Positions 28,443 through 41,157 of a stretch of DNA of 64,000 bases are shown here, piece after piece. Below the pieces are notes generated by a model. That model was not told the origin of the DNA. It ran no database searches and saw only the letters and a list, made by a program, of their open reading frames with translations. The DNA lies in the NCBI GenBank assembly GCA_044892525.1, contig CM097886.1, positions 73,904,001 through 73,968,000 on the forward strand, written 5' to 3'. The position numbers and the translations under genes are program-made. Position 1 is the first letter of the stretch. Each line of letters opens with the position of its first letter. The stretch is from Schmidtea polychroa (lineage: Eukaryota).

Positions 28443-30643
28443 TTTACACACTGAAATTTGTAAACGATTTATTTGAGCTATTTGGATATTCAATTGTGGT
28501 ATTGCAGTCTCCATTATCAGAACGTAATTGTTCATTTGAACTTGACATATCGATTGAATGCATGTTATGCGATTTGACGACGAGTAAGAGTATTAGCAAC
28601 AGCTTTACAAGATTTAATATTTGTAATGTGCATTCGATATGTAGGTGAAGCATTTCGTTAATCCATAAATTGATTTAAAAGATTGAGATGTTTAAAAAAA
28701 TGTAATCTATTTGTATATTAAAACAATGTATTTTAATTTAACAAAGTATTTGCAATTAAACTATTAAATTAATATATTTGTTAACTGAAAGTCAAATGCA
28801 TTCCAATAGCTTCCAATAAGTAAGCGGAGTGTAGGTATGCTACCTGACAGTGAACCCTGCTTGATTGGTCCCTAGTGAGGCTGTCTATAAGAGGTTTGTG
28901 ATCAATGAAGATTGTGAATTTTCTACCTTAGCATAGTGATTTTCTGTTGAATGCGCTGTACTTTGACATTGCTAGAGAAAAGTTGTAATCAGTGTGTCAC
29001 GTGTTGTGTCGAACCAATTCTTTTTCTTTCCTTTGTTCAGTGATGAAAGAGGCGCCATTATGTGTAATACATCTTTTATGAATCTTTGACAGAAATTGGC
29101 TATTTTCAAATAGCTGTGGATTACATCAAGGCGTTCGAGAAAAGATTCGTAACTTGTAAATGAGAATATGTGTCCAAGGAATCTGACTGGTTTTTAAAAA
29201 ACATTGCATTTATTTACCTTGATCTGTAAATTACGACGGTTTAATATGTCAAGAATCGTGTGCAGATCTTTGGTGTGGGCGTCGTGGTCGAGTGTTGCTA
29301 TGAATCTATCGTCCAGGTATGCAAAATTGTGTCCATGAAGCGTTGGTAGGACTAAGCTGCGTTTCTTATGCGTAAAGGCATAAACATGTATTCGATTTTT
29401 CCAAATGGTGTGGTGACGGCAACTTTTGGAACATCATCGATATAGATGGGAAACTGGTGATAGGCTTTCAAGAAGTCGAAAATATGGGGGATTGTGAAAA
29501 GCGTGTTATTAGATCTTTGATAAGTGACATTGTGTATGATGTTTGAATTGATTGAATTGACTGTAGTCGCCTCACAGCCTGAGTGAACGGTCTTTCTCTG
29601 TGACTACGTGGATTGGTGAACGTTATTGTGATAAAGAACATCGTATGATACCTGCATTCTCTAGGCTGATAAATTCGGCTTTGCCTGGGTCGAGTTTGAT
29701 GGGTGGGAGAGATCTATGTCGGTTGTGTTGTGGATGTAATTAGTCGACATGGTTGTAGGTGGTGAGGTTTAGGAATGTGGTTGATATTATTTCGATCATG
29801 TTGTGCATTGGCTCTGTAATAACCGACATGTGTTTATTGCGTCCAGCCTTGGCAGTATATTGGATAGAGCTGAGTTGGGTCGAAATCGAGTTAAAAAATA
29901 AGCGAGAACCTCGAATCATTATCAAAAATTCAGAGGAGATCCGTAAAAAGAATAATATTAACTTTCTAATTGTTTTTGAAAGAAATAAAACTTTTCGTTA
30001 TTTTATCATCAATTTATTCGTTGAGTTTATCGTAGATGGTCATATTAAACATAAATCGGACAAATACAACAATTTCGTAGAATAATTAATTTATTATAAA
30101 TATTATTTTAAAAATCGAAACAAATAAGAATAAATTAAGTAAGAATAGATCAGAACCAGTAAATGTCAAGTCATACTGAGTATAAGACGGAAAATTTTTA
30201 CGAACGATAAATTTTTATTTAATACTCTTACTATTTAACCATTTAATAGTTAGTACGAATATCAACTGCGCTTCAAGTTGAGTTAAAACAAAATAATTTT
30301 GTGCAGTATGGATCCTATGGAAAAGTTTCACCAGAACGTTGCGCGATATAACTCAGAAGAAGCCCGTCAAGCTGATAGGGTTAAGTCTGTGGTCTGAAAG
30401 TGTTGGAGGCAAACTATAACAGGAAATCGAAACAGTCGAAAGTCATGAGTCGAGGATCAGGAGTTTATTGACGGTCTCAAGATCACGATTTAAGAGCAAA
30501 CTCAGGAAATTACAGAGCTTCGGGCTTGCAGAAGCAGGCCGAGTGTTATCATATTCAGAAACCGAATTATTTCCGGTTATAACGGTGCTCATCTCCAGAA
30601 TTCCGATCCTCGTTAAAATAGCCATAGTAATTTAAGATCCAAA
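28443..30643 (-). mobile_element. Degenerate Ty3/Gypsy relic (unit 2)
   Basis: Repeat of 21600-23800 at +6,843. Confidence 0.8.
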
Positions 30644-31432
30644 TATTTTTTGAACGTAGAATTAATGGTCAGATATTTGATTAATCAATGACCACGTAAA
30701 ATTTCTGGTTAAATAGGTAAATTAAGTGCTAAATTATTAAATTAAACCTAGGCCCCACAAGTTCTAAAGAAAGAAAATCAGAGAATCAAGGACAGGTCAG
30801 AATACAAAGAACTTATTGCACATTGATTTAAATATTTATGATGATTTTTTAATTATATTTTGTATTTTATTTGTAGCTAAATGGCTTGTTATATTTCATA
30901 ATTATTTTGATTGATTTTCATTAGTTTGAGTAAATTTAAACAATTAATTAAATTTGAAGGTTTCTTCACTAAGAGGTAGTCATATTAAATTCGATAACTG
31001 GCGGACTAAATATCAATCAAAATGATGTGCCAATTTTTCATTTGAGGACAAAGAGAATTTATAGTCTTAGAAAAATTTGACTTAGAAGATAAATTTGAGT
31101 AAATATTCAATTTGATGTGACTGTAGCAAATAAATAATTGTGAAATATGAGCATCTACAATATACAGTGAAGATTAGGGAAAGGAAACTTCATAAAAAGC
31201 AACTTTTCACAAAAATAAACTTTTTGTGATTCCAATTTAAATTTTAATTCACAAAAACTAACTCTGGATTTTTTTTTATTTTTTATGTTGTAAAATCCTT
31301 AAATAATAAAAAAATTAATTTGTCAATAACTTGAACCGTTTTTAAATCCATAAAAAATTAATAATTCACTGTTGATGTAGATATAAAAATTAAAATAATT
31401 ATATAATTATTATTTATTTATTATTAAAATCT

Positions 31433-32538
31433 GTGAATAAAAACTATCTGATAATGATACAAACGTACCTGGATTTATCGCGAGGTTTAAAAATCAGTTT
31501 GAAGAATGTACAATGTACCCAGAACAAATATACAATGCTGATGAAACCGGGATTGATTTTCAAAAATATTAATATGAAAACTTTAGTGACTGCAGAAGAA
31601 AAGACTGCACCAGGTAGGAAAAATAGTAAGGAACAGATAACTGTAATGTCTTTTGTTAATGTGACTGGTCATCATAAATTACCATTGATGGTAAAAGGCG
31701 ATCAAAACATCCACGTTCTTTTAAAAATGTGAATTTGCTAATATAAATTACCGATCATCGAAAAATGCATGGCAAACCAGAAAACGTTTTAAAGAATGGT
31801 TTCATAAAATATTTGTACAAGAAGTAAAAAACAATTTGGAACGGAAAAAAATTGCCATCGAAAGCCATTTTATTGTTAGATAATGCCAGCAGTCACTGCT
31901 TTGGAGAACAAATGGAGAATAACAGTTATGTTTTCCCACCAAAGACTACATTAATATTGCAACCACTTGATCAAAATATTTTAAAATCGTTAAAAACTTT
32001 GTATCGCAAGAAACTTTTAATCAATTTAATGTCAAGGAATGATGACAATTTAGTTGAAGCCCTAAAATCTATTACATTAAAGGATGTTGTTTTTATGCTC
32101 ATTGAAACATGGGATAAGGTCAAAATTCAAATGATAAAAAATGGCTTTAAACATCTTTTCGGTTCAGTTGATGAAAAAAATTTTAATTTAAAATTAAATC
32201 ATTTTTCGGATGTAGACGATGCTCCAGTAGTAGAAATTTACCGTCTTGTAATTCCAGAAAATAACATAAATGATAATCAGATAATTGATTGGGCAAGTGG
32301 AGGCAATGAAAGTTCTAAATCGCTTATTACTTATGAAGACATAATAAAAAATATTAACATCGATGAAGAACATAATAATAATCACAGTTTATGCGTTCAC
32401 ACTGATAAACCTCTCAATGGCATAAATCTTGGTCTAAATTGGGCCGAAAGTAAATTACTTATTTCTTCGAAAAGTAAGAAAAAACATAATCTTGAAAAAG
32501 ATTGGGAAGTAATATTTCTAGTTCGAATAAATATTTAA
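31433..32538 (+). mobile_element. Tigger/pogo transposase relic (unit 2)
   Basis: Repeat of 24590-25695 at +6,843. Confidence 0.85.
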
Positions 32539-34314
32539 AAATTGTTATTTGTTATGTATAAATATATATGTATTTTTTTGTTTATAATAATATATGAATT
32601 TTTTTATCACATATCTCTCAAAATGTAGTTTTTTATCGATTAAAGAACAATCGTACACCAAAATTAATAAAAAGAAACATTTTTTTTTAAATTTTGTATC
32701 AAAATAGTTTTTTTTATGAATGTTTTTGTATTATTTAAGCGAAATAGTGGACAATTCAACGGAAAGCCCTATTATAATATCAAATTTTCAAAATTCTTTG
32801 AATTTCGTTTATTGCGAAGGTTTAACATAGGAGTCCAAATTAGACGGCAACGACTAAGGGATTGAGTAGCTCATGAAAAGATAAAAGGGCAACAGAAATG
32901 AGGTACGACACCTTCCATGGTAACCCATGAATCCAGACGCTCGATAAGTCAGGCTCATCTTTTGCTGACAGTCACCCGCTAAATAGAAGTAACAAAGTTG
33001 CTTGCGACAGACGTTTAGTGGTTTGTGCGGTTGCTAAGGAGATGCGAATGCAGTAAAAGTGATGGCTTTATAAGTTTTTCATACGTAACCCACTACTATG
33101 TTATGGGAATAATTGCATTATTTGTGTATAATGTGTTTTTTGATAGAATGGTGGATGTTTAAAATAATGTATAAGTGAGTACAACAGTTGATTGATAGAA
33201 AAAAGAAATATTCGAATAGGGGATATAGTCGAAAAGCTAATCTAGTGAGTAAAAGATTGTAGCGATCTAAGAAGCATAAGTCCTTCTATCGAAATCTATG
33301 AATCCAAAAGTGAAAACGAATGAAGAGTTATTCCAAAAAGGAAACGCAGGGGCTCTATTTTCGACTATAAGATAGTCCTTGTCTATTTTCATTAAATACA
33401 TTATTCGCAGCAAAAGGCTTTAATTATCACTTTATGATTTTAAATAATAAATGCTGCCAGCAAGAAATAATCAATCCAACATGTATACCAGTGCAATTTT
33501 GGAAATCTCAAGCTTTTTTGAGACCTAGATCCTAGACCTAGACACATGATATGTTTGAAATAGTCTTGAAAGTTTTTGTTGGGACATTTCCCTAGTAAGA
33601 CCATTACGGTCATGCATTCATTTTAATATATACTTCCCTAAAATTCCGACAGCAGTTACAATGAGTTATGGAGGGTAGGTAAGCTAATAATCATGCGTTT
33701 AGGGATGAGCAATGAAAAATCTATGAGTGACCCTAGAAAATTTAGGCAACACGTCCACTGGTCGCCTACAGTAGTTCAAAGTTTCAAGAAAAGTTAACGA
33801 TGGTCAGTTTAGAAAAAACAGAATAAAAAATCAAGTAAAATAAAGTTTTAATCAAATTATTAAATTATAAACATTTATAAAATTGAACAAGAAATTTTAA
33901 TTAAAATTTGGCGTCTGAACATGAGTATCTTACCATATTATCAAAACAAATAAAGAATGATTTCGGTTTTTGACCAACAAACAATTACAGCTTTCGCATA
34001 TTACAGAACACTGATAAAATCATATACTAAATGCACTTTATTAGTCATCTAACATCGAATCCATTTCAGTATAAAATTTTTATTTTTAACAAAATTGAAC
34101 TTTAAAATAAACTAATTTTTTATTCCAATTAGATAAATAGCATATTTTAAATGTTTTATGCTAGTTCATACAAACCAACTATAATTGAATATTACCATTC
34201 AAATATTACCAAATTCGTAAAACTTGTTTAAATAATATTATTTAATTAATATTTTAACAATTTTTACCTAATTTATTATTATTTTTTTAATATCGTATAT
34301 TTAAATTTTAATTC

Positions 34315-35222
34315 ATGAACAAAAAAGGTTATAATAAAAAAGGCAATAAAAGTTACAAGAACCAACGTAATCAAAATAGAGATTTCAGACAATTTACTAA
34401 TGGACATTCGACTGATGAAGGTATTTAATTTAATAGATTTATAATTTTTTTAATTTCTATGATTTAGAAAATAATGAAAATGAAAGTGAAAATATAAAAT
34501 TGGCAATGTGGGATTTAGAACAGTGCAATTCGAAGATTTGTAGTGGAAGAAAACTTGTTCGATTAGGACGAGTCAAAATACTAAAAATGAATGAAACATT
34601 TAATGGAATAGTTTTAGCTCCCGATGCAACTAAATGTATTGACCCGGAAATTGATTTAGAAATAATGAAAAAAAGTGGTTTGGCAGTTGTTGATTGCAGT
34701 TGGGCCCAAGTCACTACTACAGATTTTCGCAAATTGAAATATAAACACGCTCGATTATTGCCTTATTTATTGGCTGCTAATCCTGTGAATTACGGTAAAC
34801 CCAGCAAATTGAATTGTGCGGAAGCATTGGCGGGATTTTTAGCAATTTTCAACCTACGCGAACAAGCTGAAGATTTGATGAATTGTTTCGGTTGGGGTCA
34901 CAGTTTCATGGAATTAAACGAATCCCTCTTAGACGCATATTCTCAATGCAATACCACAACTGACGTATTGAAATGCCAAGATGAATTACTGGATACGATG
35001 GATCAGGAAATAGAGGACCACAAAGCCCAAAAATCTCTGACATACGACGATGTTTATGCCGAACTCGATAGAGAATTGAAATCGGAATCCGAGGAGGAAC
35101 AAATCAAAGAATCAGAAATCGATCCGGAATTGAAAATCGCAGATCTCAATATAAAAGAATGCGATCACAACTCCAAAACGGAAACCGCTCGAGTTCTCAC
35201 AGATGCCGACATTGTACTTTAA
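34315..35222 (+). CDS. TSR3: TSR3-only truncated copy 3
   Basis: Same structure as copy 1 at +13,686. Confidence 0.85.
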
Positions 35223-35285
35223 TTTGATTGAAACATGATTTTATTGAATTTATCCTTTCTTTTCGATATTAGCACTAAATATCTA

Positions 35286-37486
35286 TTTACACACTGAAAT
35301 TTGTAAACGATTTATTTGAGCTATTTGGATATTCAATTGTGGTATTGCAGTCTCCATTATCAGAACGTAATTGTTCATTTGAACTTGACATATCGATTGA
35401 ATGCATGTTATGCGATTTGACGACGAGTAAGAGTATTAGCAACAGCTTTACAAGATTTAATATTTGTAATGTGCATTCGATATGTAGGTGAAGCATTTCG
35501 TTAATCCATAAATTGATTTAAAAGATTGAGATGTTTAAAAAAATGTAATCTATTTGTATATTAAAACAATGTATTTTAATTTAACAAAGTATTTGCAATT
35601 AAACTATTAAATTAATATATTTGTTAACTGAAAGTCAAATGCATTCCAATAGCTTCCAATAAGTAAGCGGAGTGTAGGTATGCTACCTGACAGTGAACCC
35701 TGCTTGATTGGTCCCTAGTGAGGCTGTCTATAAGAGGTTTGTGATCAATGAAGATTGTGAATTTTCTACCTTAGCATAGTGATTTTCTGTTGAATGCGCT
35801 GTACTTTGACATTGCTAGAGAAAAGTTGTAATCAGTGTGTCACGTGTTGTGTCGAACCAATTCTTTTTCTTTCCTTTGTTCAGTGATGAAAGAGGCGCCA
35901 TTATGTGTAATACATCTTTTATGAATCTTTGACAGAAATTGGCTATTTTCAAATAGCTGTGGATTACATCAAGGCGTTCGAGAAAAGATTCGTAACTTGT
36001 AAATGAGAATATGTGTCCAAGGAATCTGACTGGTTTTTAAAAAACATTGCATTTATTTACCTTGATCTGTAAATTACGACGGTTTAATATGTCAAGAATC
36101 GTGTGCAGATCTTTGGTGTGGGCGTCGTGGTCGAGTGTTGCTATGAATCTATCGTCCAGGTATGCAAAATTGTGTCCATGAAGCGTTGGTAGGACTAAGC
36201 TGCGTTTCTTATGCGTAAAGGCATAAACATGTATTCGATTTTTCCAAATGGTGTGGTGACGGCAACTTTTGGAACATCATCGATATAGATGGGAAACTGG
36301 TGATAGGCTTTCAAGAAGTCGAAAATATGGGGGATTGTGAAAAGCGTGTTATTAGATCTTTGATAAGTGACATTGTGTATGATGTTTGAATTGATTGAAT
36401 TGACTGTAGTCGCCTCACAGCCTGAGTGAACGGTCTTTCTCTGTGACTACGTGGATTGGTGAACGTTATTGTGATAAAGAACATCGTATGATACCTGCAT
36501 TCTCTAGGCTGATAAATTCGGCTTTGCCTGGGTCGAGTTTGATGGGTGGGAGAGATCTATGTCGGTTGTGTTGTGGATGTAATTAGTCGACATGGTTGTA
36601 GGTGGTGAGGTTTAGGAATGTGGTTGATATTATTTCGATCATGTTGTGCATTGGCTCTGTAATAACCGACATGTGTTTATTGCGTCCAGCCTTGGCAGTA
36701 TATTGGATAGAGCTGAGTTGGGTCGAAATCGAGTTAAAAAATAAGCGAGAACCTCGAATCATTATCAAAAATTCAGAGGAGATCCGTAAAAAGAATAATA
36801 TTAACTTTCTAATTGTTTTTGAAAGAAATAAAACTTTTCGTTATTTTATCATCAATTTATTCGTTGAGTTTATCGTAGATGGTCATATTAAACATAAATC
36901 GGACAAATACAACAATTTCGTAGAATAATTAATTTATTATAAATATTATTTTAAAAATCGAAACAAATAAGAATAAATTAAGTAAGAATAGATCAGAACC
37001 AGTAAATGTCAAGTCATACTGAGTATAAGACGGAAAATTTTTACGAACGATAAATTTTTATTTAATACTCTTACTATTTAACCATTTAATAGTTAGTACG
37101 AATATCAACTGCGCTTCAAGTTGAGTTAAAACAAAATAATTTTGTGCAGTATGGATCCTATGGAAAAGTTTCACCAGAACGTTGCGCGATATAACTCAGA
37201 AGAAGCCCGTCAAGCTGATAGGGTTAAGTCTGTGGTCTGAAAGTGTTGGAGGCAAACTATAACAGGAAATCGAAACAGTCGAAAGTCATGAGTCGAGGAT
37301 CAGGAGTTTATTGACGGTCTCAAGATCACGATTTAAGAGCAAACTCAGGAAATTACAGAGCTTCGGGCTTGCAGAAGCAGGCCGAGTGTTATCATATTCA
37401 GAAACCGAATTATTTCCGGTTATAACGGTGCTCATCTCCAGAATTCCGATCCTCGTTAAAATAGCCATAGTAATTTAAGATCCAAA
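35286..37486 (-). mobile_element. Degenerate Ty3/Gypsy relic (unit 3)
   Basis: Repeat of 21600-23800 at +13,686. Confidence 0.8.
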
Positions 37487-38275
37487 TATTTTTTGAACGT
37501 AGAATTAATGGTCAGATATTTGATTAATCAATGACCACGTAAAATTTCTGGTTAAATAGGTAAATTAAGTGCTAAATTATTAAATTAAACCTAGGCCCCA
37601 CAAGTTCTAAAGAAAGAAAATCAGAGAATCAAGGACAGGTCAGAATACAAAGAACTTATTGCACATTGATTTAAATATTTATGATGATTTTTTAATTATA
37701 TTTTGTATTTTATTTGTAGCTAAATGGCTTGTTATATTTCATAATTATTTTGATTGATTTTCATTAGTTTGAGTAAATTTAAACAATTAATTAAATTTGA
37801 AGGTTTCTTCACTAAGAGGTAGTCATATTAAATTCGATAACTGGCGGACTAAATATCAATCAAAATGATGTGCCAATTTTTCATTTGAGGACAAAGAGAA
37901 TTTATAGTCTTAGAAAAATTTGACTTAGAAGATAAATTTGAGTAAATATTCAATTTGATGTGACTGTAGCAAATAAATAATTGTGAAATATGAGCATCTA
38001 CAATATACAGTGAAGATTAGGGAAAGGAAACTTCATAAAAAGCAACTTTTCACAAAAATAAACTTTTTGTGATTCCAATTTAAATTTTAATTCACAAAAA
38101 CTAACTCTGGATTTTTTTTTATTTTTTATGTTGTAAAATCCTTAAATAATAAAAAAATTAATTTGTCAATAACTTGAACCGTTTTTAAATCCATAAAAAA
38201 TTAATAATTCACTGTTGATGTAGATATAAAAATTAAAATAATTATATAATTATTATTTATTTATTATTAAAATCT

Positions 38276-39381
38276 GTGAATAAAAACTATCTGATAATGA
38301 TACAAACGTACCTGGATTTATCGCGAGGTTTAAAAATCAGTTTGAAGAATGTACAATGTACCCAGAACAAATATACAATGCTGATGAAACCGGGATTGAT
38401 TTTCAAAAATATTAATATGAAAACTTTAGTGACTGCAGAAGAAAAGACTGCACCAGGTAGGAAAAATAGTAAGGAACAGATAACTGTAATGTCTTTTGTT
38501 AATGTGACTGGTCATCATAAATTACCATTGATGGTAAAAGGCGATCAAAACATCCACGTTCTTTTAAAAATGTGAATTTGCTAATATAAATTACCGATCA
38601 TCGAAAAATGCATGGCAAACCAGAAAACGTTTTAAAGAATGGTTTCATAAAATATTTGTACAAGAAGTAAAAAACAATTTGGAACGGAAAAAAATTGCCA
38701 TCGAAAGCCATTTTATTGTTAGATAATGCCAGCAGTCACTGCTTTGGAGAACAAATGGAGAATAACAGTTATGTTTTCCCACCAAAGACTACATTAATAT
38801 TGCAACCACTTGATCAAAATATTTTAAAATCGTTAAAAACTTTGTATCGCAAGAAACTTTTAATCAATTTAATGTCAAGGAATGATGACAATTTAGTTGA
38901 AGCCCTAAAATCTATTACATTAAAGGATGTTGTTTTTATGCTCATTGAAACATGGGATAAGGTCAAAATTCAAATGATAAAAAATGGCTTTAAACATCTT
39001 TTCGGTTCAGTTGATGAAAAAAATTTTAATTTAAAATTAAATCATTTTTCGGATGTAGACGATGCTCCAGTAGTAGAAATTTACCGTCTTGTAATTCCAG
39101 AAAATAACATAAATGATAATCAGATAATTGATTGGGCAAGTGGAGGCAATGAAAGTTCTAAATCGCTTATTACTTATGAAGACATAATAAAAAATATTAA
39201 CATCGATGAAGAACATAATAATAATCACAGTTTATGCGTTCACACTGATAAACCTCTCAATGGCATAAATCTTGGTCTAAATTGGGCCGAAAGTAAATTA
39301 CTTATTTCTTCGAAAAGTAAGAAAAAACATAATCTTGAAAAAGATTGGGAAGTAATATTTCTAGTTCGAATAAATATTTAA
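38276..39381 (+). mobile_element. Tigger/pogo transposase relic (unit 3)
   Basis: Repeat of 24590-25695 at +13,686. Confidence 0.85.
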
Positions 39382-41157
39382 AAATTGTTATTTGTTATGT
39401 ATAAATATATATGTATTTTTTTGTTTATAATAATATATGAATTTTTTTATCACATATCTCTCAAAATGTAGTTTTTTATCGATTAAAGAACAATCGTACA
39501 CCAAAATTAATAAAAAGAAACATTTTTTTTTAAATTTTGTATCAAAATAGTTTTTTTTATGAATGTTTTTGTATTATTTAAGCGAAATAGTGGACAATTC
39601 AACGGAAAGCCCTATTATAATATCAAATTTTCAAAATTCTTTGAATTTCGTTTATTGCGAAGGTTTAACATAGGAGTCCAAATTAGACGGCAACGACTAA
39701 GGGATTGAGTAGCTCATGAAAAGATAAAAGGGCAACAGAAATGAGGTACGACACCTTCCATGGTAACCCATGAATCCAGACGCTCGATAAGTCAGGCTCA
39801 TCTTTTGCTGACAGTCACCCGCTAAATAGAAGTAACAAAGTTGCTTGCGACAGACGTTTAGTGGTTTGTGCGGTTGCTAAGGAGATGCGAATGCAGTAAA
39901 AGTGATGGCTTTATAAGTTTTTCATACGTAACCCACTACTATGTTATGGGAATAATTGCATTATTTGTGTATAATGTGTTTTTTGATAGAATGGTGGATG
40001 TTTAAAATAATGTATAAGTGAGTACAACAGTTGATTGATAGAAAAAAGAAATATTCGAATAGGGGATATAGTCGAAAAGCTAATCTAGTGAGTAAAAGAT
40101 TGTAGCGATCTAAGAAGCATAAGTCCTTCTATCGAAATCTATGAATCCAAAAGTGAAAACGAATGAAGAGTTATTCCAAAAAGGAAACGCAGGGGCTCTA
40201 TTTTCGACTATAAGATAGTCCTTGTCTATTTTCATTAAATACATTATTCGCAGCAAAAGGCTTTAATTATCACTTTATGATTTTAAATAATAAATGCTGC
40301 CAGCAAGAAATAATCAATCCAACATGTATACCAGTGCAATTTTGGAAATCTCAAGCTTTTTTGAGACCTAGATCCTAGACCTAGACACATGATATGTTTG
40401 AAATAGTCTTGAAAGTTTTTGTTGGGACATTTCCCTAGTAAGACCATTACGGTCATGCATTCATTTTAATATATACTTCCCTAAAATTCCGACAGCAGTT
40501 ACAATGAGTTATGGAGGGTAGGTAAGCTAATAATCATGCGTTTAGGGATGAGCAATGAAAAATCTATGAGTGACCCTAGAAAATTTAGGCAACACGTCCA
40601 CTGGTCGCCTACAGTAGTTCAAAGTTTCAAGAAAAGTTAACGATGGTCAGTTTAGAAAAAACAGAATAAAAAATCAAGTAAAATAAAGTTTTAATCAAAT
40701 TATTAAATTATAAACATTTATAAAATTGAACAAGAAATTTTAATTAAAATTTGGCGTCTGAACATGAGTATCTTACCATATTATCAAAACAAATAAAGAA
40801 TGATTTCGGTTTTTGACCAACAAACAATTACAGCTTTCGCATATTACAGAACACTGATAAAATCATATACTAAATGCACTTTATTAGTCATCTAACATCG
40901 AATCCATTTCAGTATAAAATTTTTATTTTTAACAAAATTGAACTTTAAAATAAACTAATTTTTTATTCCAATTAGATAAATAGCATATTTTAAATGTTTT
41001 ATGCTAGTTCATACAAACCAACTATAATTGAATATTACCATTCAAATATTACCAAATTCGTAAAACTTGTTTAAATAATATTATTTAATTAATATTTTAA
41101 CAATTTTTACCTAATTTATTATTATTTTTTTAATATCGTATATTTAAATTTTAATTC